A stretch of DNA of 64,000 bases, from NCBI GenBank assembly GCA_010405405.1, contig MU004237.1:1437345-1501344 (forward strand), given 5' to 3'. Origin of the DNA: Microthyrium microscopicum (Eukaryota). The translations under genes were made by a program, and so were the position numbers. Positions 40,419 through 54,311 of this stretch are shown piece by piece (positions within the stretch are counted from its first letter, which is position 1; each line of letters opens with the position of its first letter). The notes below the pieces were generated by a model. That model did no database searches. It was not told the DNA's origin and was given only the letters and a program-made list of their open reading frames with translations.

Positions 40419-42784
40419 ATGAATTCCTCGAGCAATGCCTTAGCCATCAGGAACAACAAGCTTATCAAAAGGACTGAAAGTAGGCATGGGGAATTGAGCA
40501 CAAGCGAAGAGCTTGCCAACAAACATATTTTGTGCGAACGCTGTCAAGATATATTTGGGCATCTCGACACAGTCAATATTCTGGCATCCAAGGCCGGGCT
40601 TCAGTTCAAACGCAAATTACCCAGCATGGTGATATCTGCGCTGGAAGGTTGTTCCATGTGTCGAGAGCTATTATGCATGCCATATCGTAGCAACAAGGTC
40701 CCGAGCTATCAAAGAAGAAGCCCAGGATTGCCTGAGACCCAGTGGCCTTTGGCAACGTGGAGGGATTTGACCTCTTCACCAAATTATCTTCCTTCATTTT
40801 TAGCACCTACACTCCGTTTTGTTTTACGCGGGAACACTGCTAGCCAGAAACACATCACGGCGACGACTCAATTTGACGACCAGCTGGACTTCGAAATCGC
40901 GACGGAACATAGTATGTCTAATCTGTCTCTATCTAAAAGCACATAATGTTGACGTCTTCAGGTGACCTTGCGGCAGAGTATGTACGCGGCCGGTCCGTAG
41001 TTCGCAGAAAGAATCTCTACACGTACGAGAGAATCCGAAACTGGCTCGAAGATTGTGATTCAAGTCATGACTGCTGTGAACGTCAGGCTGTCGGCTCAAA
41101 TATACGCCCTACATTTCTCTTGGACCTCTCTCGTACTAGAAATAGCCGCCATCTTATCAAATTACATAGGGTAAAGGATGAAGATCTCAAGTATGCTGCA
41201 TTGTCATATTGCTGGGGGCAGGAGTAAGAATCTTCCCGTGCAGACTTATCTAACATGCTCGGACCAGATAAATGGTGCTCCACTGGGATTTTACATTGTT
41301 GAGATTCTACAATGTAGCATTTCAATGGAGTGGTGTTTGCTCAAGTCTTATGCTAGCTAACACCTTTCCCTTGTCATATTATTTCTGACAGAAAAACTAG
41401 ACAGCCTCTTGCATGCTCCACTGCAAATATTGATGTTTATTTGACCCAAATCGAGGTGGTCACACTTCCGAAAAGTATTCGAGACGCAATCTGGGTTACA
41501 CGAAGACTCAATCTCAGATTTCTCTGGGTGGACTCGCTTTGTGTTCTACAAGATGATGAATATGCAAAAATACACGAGATAGGCAGGATGGAACATATTT
41601 ACAGCAATGCTCATGTCACAATCTCTGCCGATTGTGCATTGAATTGTATGACAGGCTTTCTCAGTGTACGGAGACCCTTCTATAAGCCAATATCGCTTCC
41701 ATTTCGTACACCCAACAACACTGTGGGCAATATCAAATTGATATCTGTCGAACAACCTGGACGGTTACCACAGGATAACGAATCTCATGAGAAGCAGCCG
41801 ATACACAGTCGGGCCTGGACATTTCAAGAAAGTTTCATGTCCCGTCGAATCGTTATTTACAGCGAATACAAGATATTTTGGGTTTGTGCTCGAGCCAGTA
41901 GTACGGATGGTGGCAACCAAACATATGTTAATTACTCAACGCCGACCTCAACTGGCTTAAATGTTCAGGTCTTCTCTAGACGAACACTATTATCTCCTAC
42001 CTACTCTGACTGGTGTCAAGTTGTGGAGGAATTCTGTCGGCGGAAGCTGACGAACCCGGAGGATAAGCTAGCTGCGCTTTCAAGCGTTGCTGGGTACTTT
42101 GCAAACTCGTTGAATGACAAGTATTTGGCTGGTCTATGGGAATCAGCACTCCCAAAGCAGCTCTACTGGCACACTACCGATGAGGCATCTACAAGTCCTC
42201 GACGGCCTCCGGCCTGGCGCTCCCCCTCTTGGTCTCCTATGTCTGTTGATAGTGCTATATCGTTTGCGCAAGACCAGTCTGGCCACCGAAAATATGCAGA
42301 AGAGCCTGATAATATTGCCTTTTGCACAGTACTAGACTCGGATGTAGCACCAGTCCACTCTGATGCGCCCTATGGTCCCGTTGTCTCTGGGAGTATTGAA
42401 TTACGGTGTCGAGCTCTAAAAATGCATACACCTGAGCCAATTCAGGGCAATGGTAGAGCCTATGGTTATGTTGACGATGAGCATGCTCAAACAAAATTCG
42501 TTTTGAAGTATGACACGTTCGAATACAACGAACTGGATTCTACTGCTACGTCCACGCTCCACCTCCGCGTCAATACATCGTACGGTGTACTTGAGCCTAA
42601 AGCCGACTTATGGTGTTTGATGTTATTCACCGAAGTGGATGATTGGAATTGCGAGAATGTCTTTGGCCTTGTATTGGCAAAGCTTCCTGATGACAATTAC
42701 CATAGAGTTGGAACTTTTTTCGGACAACCGGCAGCTGTCGAACTCTTTCATGCACAGCAATATCAAGATGTTACGATCGTCTAG
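40419..42784 (+). CDS. HET-domain (heterokaryon incompatibility) protein, 3 exons
   Basis: Spliced YAALSYCWG..LPKSIRDAI..FLWVDSLCVLQDD..MEHIYSNA..RAWTFQE..DKLAALS..YLAGLW..PSWS; introns 40912-40961 and 41224-41400. Confidence 0.92.
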
Positions 42785-42813
42785 GTCGGGCGTCATCGAT
42801 ATGCAAATTTTGT

Positions 42814-44071
42814 TCATAAGTTGAATAGTCTCTTCCCTGGTACAAAAATGAACAGTGAGCACAAGGCTGCGCTAATACAAGATATGATCAAAAGTTGAAC
42901 CAACGCGCGTCTTATCTGTAGGTTACGAACAAAAGGTTCGCGAACTCGCAAGAGGCTGAAAAGGGTATATTCGGAGTAGCCCACGATGGTAATGATAGGA
43001 TCTAGCCTAGACCAATAGGACATGAGGGAGTAGACGGCAAGGGTAAAAGGCAGAATGAGCTATATGCAATACGTTAGCCATCAAAAAAAACATAAGACAC
43101 GAAGGACCTACCCAAGATCGTTGTACTCTAGAGCTATTCGAGAAGATTAGGACAAAACCAGCAGCCAAGCCACCTAGCAAAGATATCGATCCCAGCATGA
43201 AGCGTAAATACATACTACCTGGCACCATATTCCCCAAGGCTTTAAGTTGTAAGAATCCCGGATACGCATCGCGCTCAATTGCTTGGAAGACATAATCCTT
43301 TGCTTGCTCAAAAACCTCCGGATCGTCTCTGTCTTCGCGTTTAATCATATTCGAGACTTCCATCAGCGTGTTTCGTGGAAGAACTATTTCGCGTTCCGCT
43401 CCTGGGAGTAGATATGTGTGAAGGATACGTTCTGCTGAAGCTCTCACGGCTTCTCGGTCAACAACTTCCGGCATAACGCTGCTGAGATCTCCAGACGTTA
43501 TGTTTGATATGGTCAAAGAGCGGGAATCCATACTTCTGACGGAACGAGGACGTATGATGGAAGGTATCTCGTCCAAAGAAGCTGCAACGGGCGGATGGGC
43601 TGCGGGCTGATCGGTTGCCGGTTTTTCTGCTGGTAACCCAGAGATACTTGGGTCAATTTCAGCGCTCTCTATTGCATCGCTTGGCGTTATACTAGATGGA
43701 GTGCGTGAATCCATAGGGATTTGGCGAAGAAACTGTGAAATGGACCAGTCATAGTGCTTCTTCTTGTCCGACTGGCTGACGATTTTCTCCTCATCTTCTG
43801 GATCCTCCATAATGACAGTAAGCTCCCGTACATAGTGACGGCAAAGAGACATATGTTGAGTGACATCAAGCCTACAATGCAAAGGACTCAGCTAAAATAA
43901 ATGAAGTCATCGACTTACTTACCAGAAGTCTAGATAGTCGACTGATCGTTGTTGATCGCGCATATAGATGTATAGACTAAACAAGTCGACTGGTGGGAGG
44001 GTTTGTCTGCTCAACACTTCAAAAAGAGTTGGAAGCCTACTCCTATCAGTAGGGAGATCGAGTTCTTCCAT
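42814..44071 (-). CDS. RAX1: Rax1-like RGS-domain membrane protein (polarity landmark)
   Basis: LPTLFEVLSRQTLPPVDLFSLYIYMRDQQRSVDYLDFW, RDDPEVF, VREPFVR and FIFVPGKRL. Confidence 0.88.
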
Positions 44072-45456
44072 CTTACAACAGATATATTATCGTATTGAGC
44101 GAATCCTAGAAATAAGCTATGGTCCAATTTATTTCAGGTCGCCAGTATTATCGTGACGCATGTTGGTTTGACTTCCAGCAATAATACAAACCGCGGCCAA
44201 CCTTGGAACGAAGGAAGATGTACGAGCTGCGCCTCCACCATTGACGGCTCTCGCAGAGCGCCTCTGCACTTTAGCCGCAGTCCACACTCAGAGGCTATCC
44301 ATATCCAACGGCTGCCCAGATCATATTTATAGCATAAGAAATAAGTAAGCTATAAGCTATCAAAGAATATACTCAGAGCTAGCAGCGGCTCCTGAGGTTC
44401 AATAAGGTCTCCGCCTTCATCAGCAGTCGGATGCTAAGCCCTGCATCCATCAAGTTGCCTGACAACCTTCTTCCGAAACCACTTAACAGGCGCATCGCCC
44501 CCGAATTTACACCCAAAATCCCCTCATAGACAACGGACCACGACTTTTGCATATCCAGGTACACATGGCTCATGCTGCCATAAAGCAGTAGGAGTACATT
44601 GTGCAGCAGGACATCTAAGTTGCTTCGGCAGCAGGTGAGATCTAAGACAAAAATGTAAGACAAATATATACATCTCATGATAGGAGAGCTCAAAAAGGTA
44701 TACTTCGTCACTATAGTCCTCGCTATTCCAGGGCAAAACTCAGACAGACAGCGCATTTGGTCTTTTTTGGCACGTGCCTAATTACCACAGGATACCTTGG
44801 ACATGCGAGCAACCTAATTATAGAGTAGTTCTCTCAAAGAGCGGAAAGAGGTCTGGGCTACCTTGCAAATAGTGCGAACAATGAGGCCGGACACGAGCAT
44901 TGTAAGAATGAAGCAAACACTGTTTACGGACAACTACTTGCCATAGGGACCACTGATAACAACTACCAAGTGTATGAACATAATCCAACTCTTTTTCTCT
45001 CTTGAGACATTTTCAGACTCGGGATAATAACTCAAGGCAAGAGAAGAAGTATACAGATCAGAAACTTAAGTATAAGGCTGATGACAAGGCTGAAAAAGAG
45101 GCAAAGAACCGTGCGTTGTGAGGCTCTTCCATTCTTCCTTCCCATTGGTTGTCAGCCCATCGAGTTAATCAAACACGCTATTCCCAATTTGACGATGCCA
45201 AGGCTCGACTGACTTCACTTCCACGTTCTTGAGCCAACATTTCCAGAGCGCGACCTCGTCTACCATCCACCACCTTTGCGCGTCTTTTCGTTCCAGACCA
45301 CTAATTCGCGCTCCCATATCTCTTCAAATTCTCGAGCCGTCTCTGTCTCACGGTTCTCAATTACTACACCCCTCCTTTTTCCCTTGCTTCAATTCTCACT
45401 AACTCATCTCTTCGCCGCCTGGTCCGCCTTGAACCTCGCTCCTTGATCCGTCGATC

Positions 45457-48086
45457 ATGGCTCCGCGTAAACGAACTCGCGCAGAAGCGCATGAGGTCGA
45501 GCCGCCAATGACCATACCCAAACCATCCCTACTTGACCGTATCCGCAGTATGTCAGAGTTTGCTGCGTTGATACAGTTCCTGGACATATTCGGCCCAACT
45601 CTTAAAATCCAGCCAATTTCCATCGAGGTACGTTCTTTCAGGTCTCCCCTCTATTATGTCACACATTACCTTTCTCTGATCATAGCTAACAATCATCTTA
45701 GGATGCTGAGCAGGAATGTCTTAAACCAACGCCCTCACAAAAACTTGCTGAGCTTGGCCTCGGGCTGCTCAAAAACATCTCGTCACATCGCGGTCTAAAG
45801 TAGACATGCCTCCCCTCGTCGCATCATGCACAACTAACATTATTACAGTCTTGAGATCTTCGACGAATACACCCGTCGCCAATATGTGGCCAAAGCTCCC
45901 GAAAACAATCTCTATGGTGTTGAAGAAGAGCCAAAACACTTTGACGACTTCGACATCTTCACAAAGATCCGTGTCCTCCACCAGCTAACATTATGGACAT
46001 TCTGGAATCCTGATCGGATGCGCGAAAAGATGGGCGATATCGCTTTCGAGGAACAAGCTCTGAACTGGCGAATGAATCCATACGGTTGGGACTCTGAAAA
46101 CCGCACATACTTTGTCTTCGATCATGATCGCCTATATCGTCAAACAGACGCGCCAATCCCCGAACCCATATCCAAACCCAAACAAACACCCCGCCGCGGT
46201 CGTGCCTCCAAGCGTCGTCGAGTCAGTAGAGTTGTCGAGTCGACTCCAGAGGACACTGCCGACGAGCAGGTGGATGTAACAGAAATCGGCGCAGAGGAAC
46301 CACGTGGAGCTGATTATGAAGAAAACTTCATGGGTCGCAAATGGGAATGTGTTGCAGTGTCTTTTGATGACTTTCGCAACTTCATTGATGGTATTAAGAA
46401 AAGCAAGGACCACGATGAAAAGGCCCTCTGCAAGCGCCTAGAAGTCGAGATAATACCTCACCTCCAAGCGCAAGAAGAGAAGCGTCAACGAAACGAATTG
46501 CGTAGACTGAAGGAACTAGAAAATTTACAACGCCTATCAACCGCCAAGCGATCCAGTCGCCTTGCATCAAAGATGGAGACGAAACGTGAGCAAGAGCTTC
46601 GTGAAGAAGAGGAGCGGAAACGTGCTGCCGAGCTTGAGATGGCACTGAAAGAACAAAAGCGCAGTCAAAAGATGGAAGAAGATCGCGAGTCTCGTATGAT
46701 GACTCGAGAACAGCGCCTCAAAGAACGAGAAGTGAAACGCATTCTGCACGAGGAGGAGCTACGTAAAGAGAAGGAAACACTAGAGAAAATCGCTGAAGAA
46801 GAGGCCAATGGCAGTGCCAACGGCCGTATATCAAAACGCCAGCTCAAAGCCGACATGGAGAAGCGACAAAAAGAGTTGGAAGCATTACAGGCTGAAGAAG
46901 ATGACTGGATGTTTGATTGCTCAGTCTGTGGTGTTCACGGCAAAAACTGGGATGACGGTTCTCATAGCATTGCTTGCGAAAAGTGTAATGTCTGGCAGCA
47001 TAGCAATTGTCATGGTATCGCCCAGGAGGAAGCAGAGAAAGAGAGCTTCCACTTCATCTGCAAGGAGTGCAAGAATCCGGTCCGAACAATCAAGCTCAAT
47101 ATGGGCAACTCCAGCAAAGAACCTATCGAAAAGTCATCGCCAGCTTCCATCAAGAAGGTCAAGACTGATACCAAGCCACCTGGGCCTCGTATCAAGACGG
47201 TCAAAAAGAAAGACCCGACCTCATCTAGTCCTCCTACTTCTCAGGCTGGAGCTCTACGTTGGCAAGATCCGGCGACTGGTGCTACAATGCAGCAAACCAA
47301 TGGGTTTAACCACCAGCGAGGTGGGCCTCCCAATGGCTCTGTCCCTGCTTTTAATGGTGTACAGCTTCCAGCTCCTGCACCACGACTGATTTACCCAGGT
47401 ATGTTTTCTAGAACCATGCCATCGACTCAACTAATGTTTGTCTTATAGGGCCTCCACCATCTGCACCAAATGTCTTCCCGCAACCAACTCAGCCGCAGTC
47501 ATCCCCTCCAACCGGTTTCTCACATCATCAACCGCCCGCAAATGGGCACGTTGCTCATCAAAGTACTGCTCGTACATATCAATCTCCAGGACAACAACTA
47601 CCGGTCCCATATCAACAGTATTCGCACCCACCACCACCACAACCTCAATCCCTCCCTCGACCTTCACAACAACCTAGCCCAATACCGAGCTTCTCAGCCT
47701 ATCAACCACGGGCTACATACCATCACTCATCATCTCCACTTCAGCAAAACTATCATGGTACTCCAAATCCCATGCCATCAACTCCTGGTGCGACCGGACC
47801 GAACCTAAACTCAAGTGTGTCAGGACTACGAGGCTCGTCACCAGGCTACTCTCCGACTAAGCAGGCATCACCACCGCGCCCTTCTCCTACGACTGCATCA
47901 TTCGGGGTTGATCGCCCAATGGTGCCTCCGATCGCCCTATCGCCAGTCTCGAGGCCAACAATCAGCCATCCGCCGGTTAAAAACCCAAGCCCGCCAGCTC
48001 CAGCAGCGCCTGCAGTTGTACCAGTTGCTTCCGCTGTCCCCGCATTTACAACGAATGGACGGGCTCCAAATGGTGGATCCAACTGA
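45457..48086 (+). CDS. PHD-finger chromatin protein
   Basis: DCSVCG..IACEKCNVWQHSNC..FICKEC PHD finger; coiled coil; 4 exons. Confidence 0.88.
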
Positions 48087-48936
48087 GCGACTCGAAAGAC
48101 TTTCCGGAGAAATAGATTGCGCCAAGGCGACACGAACGACAGCATGTTTAACGAAATAGAGAGACCAGATAATCGCCGAATTGAGTAGCTTTGAAAGCTA
48201 CGTCATGTTTGAATAAGTATGGGTTGTCGATGAGCCTAGCTCATGACTAGATTCTGGTCGAATGATAGCTAATGAACGAGTTGAAAAATCTCGATTTATT
48301 GAAATGTATCAATACCCACTACTAGTCATATTCTCTGGCAGTGATTTGGTGTAAGAAAATTCATTAACTTTAGCTGAACATTTTTGCTCAACGCTTTGGA
48401 GGAAAATCCGCCTCTCGGCGACGTCCTCCAGCGAAGAACTATGGTTGGTTTGATTTGGTGGTGAGGGTTTTGGCGAATCTAATACAAAAAAGGAAACTGA
48501 TACCGGTGTCCCCTTCTAGTAATCCAGGTTCCAGCAAATCATGGTCAGGTACTGAACAAGGACAACGCAGGGTGGATGCCGCATAACTTATCGATATTGC
48601 AAAAAATTCACATCGAGAATCGATCATCAAGACTGTTGGAGCGGCGATAGCTCAAAAACTCGCCCTTCTCAAAATCATCATCACTCTGAGATTTCTTGTC
48701 ACCAGTCAGAAAACCCCGCAACTTCAGCCCAGGCTCTTGCTCGCTGTGTGTGCTCTGTGCTGTGGTACGAGCAGCTCTTGGAAGGAATCAATACCTGACC
48801 AATTGTCCAAAGTCGAAGTCCGTTCCGTCGCTGCAAAAGGCATTATATCACCTTGGCCATACTAATAGTCACACGGATTGCAAGGAAAACTATCTTCTCA
48901 TAGTGCTACTATCGCAAGTACAAGCAACTCTCCGTC

Positions 48937-50907
48937 ATGGCACTCCAAAATTCTGGAAACACGGTCTTCCTAACCGAACAAGAAGCAAATCGCATCCGAA
49001 TCACCGTTCAGAATCGATCCAAGAAATGCTCCGATCTTCAAGGAACCACACGAGAATCGAGAGACTTCAAAACCGCAAAGAGTCAAGCAACTGGCGCGTC
49101 GTTGATGGCAGATATGGGTGGCGCGCGCGAGGATACGTTGCCTGCATTGGCTGTAGGTCAGCCTTATTTACCTTGCACTTCCTCTTTGGAGGACCTGGAG
49201 CCGATGGCACTTGCGGATCTTAAGCTGGAAACACATCATCGTGGCCGGAGAATGACAGTGAAGCGCACGTGTCCTGTTGTCGTGCTGGCGGGCACGTCTT
49301 GGACGATGGTACAAGACGATGCCTCCGAGACAGAACGGTTGGAAATCGTGCTTCACAAAACTAGGTTTGGTCAGGATGTACTAGAGTCAGCAAAGCAGTT
49401 TGTGATCAAAGAGCCATATTTCACTGTCACTGACCAGGATGAACCGACTATACGAATCGACCATCCTTCGGATCTAGTTGTATCCATGGAAGATCTTACC
49501 AAGAGCGGGCTTAACTTGAACTTTGAGGTGAATGGCAATGCCGACGACTCTGCGGCTGCAGAAGCTATGGCAAAGAAATGTAAAGAGAAAGGCAATAAGG
49601 CGCTCAAGTCGCAGGAACTACAACTGGCTCACGCGCATTATTCAGAAGGACTCAAGATTGCCAGGCAGGAAATAGTGGTGAAGAGTAATCCTGATCTGGG
49701 CAGAGATATATCGCGGAATCGTGCTCATGTTAATCTTCTCTTACAGCAATTCGATGAAGCGAAAGCTGATGCAGAGGCAGCTCTTATTGGTAATCAGGAT
49801 ACGCGATCGAAAGAGCTTGACAGTAAAGCTTACTTCCGCGCCGCATCTGCCGCATATAATCTCGCCAACTATCAGGACGCTAAGGGCTACATCGGAAAGC
49901 AATTGGAATTGTCACCAGAAGATAAAGAAGCAAAAGCATGGCTACGAAGAATCGAATCTCGTCTCCGCGAGCAGGATACAGGAAAATATGCGCTGAAGAA
50001 AACCAGAGCCACATTGTCTAAAGCCCGTCCACGAGCTGATGCCGCAAGTTTCTTCACCAATACAGAAGTGAAGGACAGTCCAGGACGAGGAAGAGGTCTC
50101 TTTGCCACCCGAGATATCTCTGCCGGTCAAATTGTCATGGTGGAAAAAGCCTTCTGCGTGGTCTGGGGATTTGAAAGCGAAGCCTTGACAGCAATGACCT
50201 ACGACGTGCGTGACGACCAGATAAGGGCCTCAGCTGTCGGCCTAGCTAAAGCGACTGTGCAGAAACTCCTCAACAATCCTAGTCAGACCGAAGGCGTGAT
50301 GGATCTCTATGGCGACTACGAGGGACTAGGGAAGAAAGCTTTGACGATCAACGAGGGTGTTATGGTTGACAGCTTTCAAGTCTACGACATTATTTCGCGC
50401 AACGCATTCGGTCCAGGTAACCAATACGGCGAAGAAGGTGCAAGAAATGCTAGCACTGGGCTTTGGATCTGGGCTGCTTACATCAATCACTCGTGCGTGC
50501 CCAACGCAAAGAAAGAATATGTGGGCGATCTGATGGTCCTTCGTGCAACAAAACCCATTGCGGAGGGCGAAGAGATCTTCCACAGCTATAATGAGTCTAG
50601 CGATTATGAAGCAAGGCAAGACGCGTTTAAAACTACCTGGGGCTTTGAATGCGAATGCGCTCTCTGTGTCGTGGAAGGCGCCGAGGATGCTGCTGTACGC
50701 AAGAAACGGCGCGAGTTTGTGAGACATGCGGAAGAGTTCGTTGCAAAAGAGCCTTGGGCTAATGCAAAGAAACTGTCAATTTCGAGGGCGCAGAGGCTCA
50801 AAAGGTCGATCCAGGATACGTATGATGGGGAGAAGTATAAGAATCTTCCGCTTGTAGGTATACAACGAATCGAGGAGTGGTTGGCCTTGGCAAATCGACG
50901 ACAGTAG
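48937..50907 (+). CDS. TPR + SET domain lysine methyltransferase-like protein
   Basis: TPR helices (KEKGNKAL, KAYFRAA); SET motifs GRGLFAT, INHSCVPN, EEIFHSY and post-SET WGFECEC. Confidence 0.92.
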   Translation: MALQNSGNTVFLTEQEANRIRITVQNRSKKCSDLQGTTRESRDFKTAKSQATGASLMADMGGAREDTLPALAVGQPYLPCTSSLEDLEPMALADLKLETHHRGRRMTVKRTCPVVVLAGTSWTMVQDDASETERLEIVLHKTRFGQDVLESAKQFVIKEPYFTVTDQDEPTIRIDHPSDLVVSMEDLTKSGLNLNFEVNGNADDSAAAEAMAKKCKEKGNKALKSQELQLAHAHYSEGLKIARQEIVVKSNPDLGRDISRNRAHVNLLLQQFDEAKADAEAALIGNQDTRSKELDSKAYFRAASAAYNLANYQDAKGYIGKQLELSPEDKEAKAWLRRIESRLREQDTGKYALKKTRATLSKARPRADAASFFTNTEVKDSPGRGRGLFATRDISAGQIVMVEKAFCVVWGFESEALTAMTYDVRDDQIRASAVGLAKATVQKLLNNPSQTEGVMDLYGDYEGLGKKALTINEGVMVDSFQVYDIISRNAFGPGNQYGEEGARNASTGLWIWAAYINHSCVPNAKKEYVGDLMVLRATKPIAEGEEIFHSYNESSDYEARQDAFKTTWGFECECALCVVEGAEDAAVRKKRREFVRHAEEFVAKEPWANAKKLSISRAQRLKRSIQDTYDGEKYKNLPLVGIQRIEEWLALANRRQ

Positions 50908-51004
50908 ATCAGATATAGAGGTAGAAATATCACATAGAAAAGAAGCGTGGATACCAATCCATCTTCATCGAAAGAGTAATATTATTCATACAGCACCAAC
51001 ATCA

Positions 51005-52873
51005 CTACTTCACCACATTGCTACTTTCAACAACCCCATCTTTCCCATTCAACCCCTTTCCACCATCACCAACCTCCACACTCTCCCTCTTGCCAACGCC
51101 AACCAGTTCAGCGCCTTGCTCTACATGATTCGCGCCCCCAAACAGCACATCCATCTCCTCCAACCGCACCCCCTTCGTCTCCGGCACAACAAACCACACA
51201 AATATAGCTAGTAACACATTGACCGCCATGAATAGATAGAAACATGCGAAACCTGTGTTGTTGAGAAAGGTAGGGAAGAATTGCTGGACGATACTGTTGG
51301 CGATGTTTTGCGTTTGTGAGGCCATGCCGGTTGCTTGGGCGCGGACGTTCATGCTGAATACTTCGGAGGTCCAGATCCATGTTGTTGCGCCCCATGATGG
51401 TTTATCTGTGTAATCTTAGCTAGGAATGGGAGGTGTAGGGGGCGTTCGGGTTTTATGTGGGCTATTGGGTGTGGAAAGGGGAGGGAGACGTACAGAAGAA
51501 GGAGAAAAGGAAGAGCAGAAATGCAATAGCAATCGCAACAGGTCGCTGCTTCGTCCCATGGACTTTATCATCCGTCGGTATGAAAATACCGCCTCTAAGA
51601 TCATAGAATGGTGTCGCGATACCGACTGTTGCGACGATAAGCATGCAAACGGCCATGCCAGCTGCTCCGACGATGAATAGGAATTTTCGACCAAAGCGAT
51701 CTGCTGTCCACATGGCGTTAAGTGTAAATGGGATGGCGAATGTTGCATTGAGTGCGTTGATCAGGCTGACTTGATCACTTTTGAAGACCTTCTTGTAGAT
51801 GATCGTGCTGTAGGTGTTGAGGGTTCCCTGTCCAGTGATCTGCTGTCCTGCGTTGAGGGCAAAGGCAATGAATAGCCGTTTGCGTACACTTTTATCCGTC
51901 CATAGAGCTTTGTATCCAGAACCAACGGATGTTCTCTCAAAGTTGATGGCTTCTTGGATCTCTAGCAACTCCTCCTCAACCTCCTGCTCTGTAGCTCTAA
52001 CTCGTCGTAATGAAGCGCGTGCCTTTTCGACTTGGTCACCATGCTGGATATACCACCGCGGAGTCTCAGGAATGGTAAACACGAGGCCGACTATGAGGAT
52101 GGGCACGAGTAGCTGGAAGACGATGACCATTCGCCAGTCCCAGTTCCCAAGGGATTTCTTGTGGATTTGGCAGGCGTAGTTCACCCAGTAGGCGATGAAC
52201 GACCCGACGGAGTAGAACATTTGCCAGAAGGTCATTATTACGCCTCTAATCTCAGGAGGTGCGAGTTCGTTGATGTATACCGGGCCAGCCGCTGTCGAAG
52301 TCAATTGTTAGCGAGAGAATCACTCCCATTACTGAAGATGATCATCACCAGGTATACATACTCAGCGCAAGTCCCTGTCCCAATCCAATGATGACCCGTC
52401 CCCCAATAAAAACCCCAATATTCCCTCTCGGCGCAAAAGCCTGCATAAATGTCGCCAAAATAACCAGTAATGCACCCGCTATCATTCCAGCCCGTCGACC
52501 GGCGTAGTCGGCTAGCGGACCGCCGAAGAACCATCCTGCTACGATTGCGCCGACAGTATATGCTGTGTTTATGGCGCCGTATTGGTTCGGTTTGTGGATC
52601 TGTGAAGTCATTGTTAGAGGATGTGATAGGTTGGTGGCACGGGGAGAAGGTGATAATTACGATATCGTCAAAGTAGGCATTCCAATTATCGGATCCCGAT
52701 ATTGCATTGAAGGTGGAGGCGTCGTAACCATATAAGACCATACATGATGCTGCTACGAGGGAGATATACCTGATAACTCCTCGTTAGCATTCGATAAAAA
52801 AGGAAATGTGTGAAGGGAATGCGCCTCAATCATGCACCTACCAATTGTAGACTCGCGTCTTGCTTGGTGCCAT
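51005..52873 (-). CDS. MFS sugar porter (lactose permease/cellodextrin transporter-like)
   Basis: LYGYD, DYAGRR, ELAPPEIRG, PETPRW, QQITG, DRFGRK and PETKGVRLEEMD. Confidence 0.93.
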
Positions 52874-54311
52874 GAAGGAGGAGTTGGCTCTAGGCCTATC
52901 TCGATGTGCAACTAAATCGCATAAGCTGGGCTGGCGATATCTTGTAAGTCTCACGCGAGGTTGGTGATTCGTGCTGTACAGACTTCGATTCTCAAATTTG
53001 TCAAGTTCAGTTACAGAGGTTCCATGGAAGCGTCTAATAATAAAATGACAGATAATATCGAGGTCTGGGCGCCAGATCTTTATACGTTGCTCGGGCTCAG
53101 GGCCTTTATGTGGACTGATATCCGTGCGGATCTTATTGCACCGAATTCAGAACCTTCTACTGGCTTTCAAATCCTTTGTACTGATAGGAATGCCAAGGGC
53201 CTCACAATCTGTCCAGTAAGAACTTGAGAGTCTAGCAGATGAGCCATCGTTGAAGCTAATGAACACCTTCAAGTGGCCTGTATTTGCGGGGAAATAGTCC
53301 AGGAAAGGCTTTAAGGGAAGACAAGGGTGGTGGCATGTATCTATGAACGGATATTGAACCAATGAGTAGTCTCGCCTTTATTGGTTGTTAAGAACGTGTG
53401 GAAGTGTGTATATCAAGCTATAGGTGGTTAAGATGCCTTCTTGATGGTATGCTACTGGTTTTCATGTCCAATTTTGAGAACATAAAAAGTCTTTCCAGCA
53501 TGAGAAATGGTCATTCTGAGGCGGCCAAGAAAGAATGCTGATGCTGCCATCGTGACCATCTCTAGACTTGTGGTTTTGAACAGATTGCTATTCTCTAGAC
53601 TACGTAAGGACGTCAGGTGAGGCTTTATGTCGAATCAGAAGCCTGAAGGTTGACAGAAAAAGAAGCGATAAGACTTTATATCGAGTACGGTAGCGGGCAT
53701 TTCGGCGTATTTGTGTATGGATGGAGTGATCGATGAGTTTCTTAGAGTCTTTTGCTACGAGTCGTCGTCTTGAAAAATTCCTTTCTTGATGTCAATCACA
53801 TCGCCTAAATTGTGAAGTAATGTGATGCTTCTGATAGTCGTGAGAAATCGGCGAATGTACAAGTTCTATCATTGGAGAGAATTGTTACTCAAATAGTTGG
53901 TTGATATGCCATTGGAAAGGGGCGGTTGAGAATCTCAATTGGGCGGGCCGCAAAGCCAGTTCCTAAGGGATAGAATAGAGACTTCTGTCTTTCCATGGAA
54001 TTGATTGCTGAAGGCCAGAATAACAATTTGAATGATTTTTACTTGGAGTGAAGTTGGAGAAGAACGGTGGTGTGGCGTTTGCAATTTCCGATGAAGAGAA
54101 GAAGGGAAGCCGATCAACACCAAGCTCAATTGGGCAGTCACCCTGCATCGTCATCTTGAGAGTCTTCCACCACCAAAATTCCACTCTACATCCACCACCA
54201 CATCTCCAGGCCTCCATCTTAACATCTTTGAAGCCATAAAGTCTGCGCGCGCCTATTGCGCATAAACTCCGCGCATGGCACCCCTCTCCCTCTCCCTCCT
54301 CCCCTGATACT

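Noticed and set aside
44379..44756. 125-aa minus-strand ORF between RAX1 and the PHD gene
   Set aside because: No recognisable motif or convincing exon structure.
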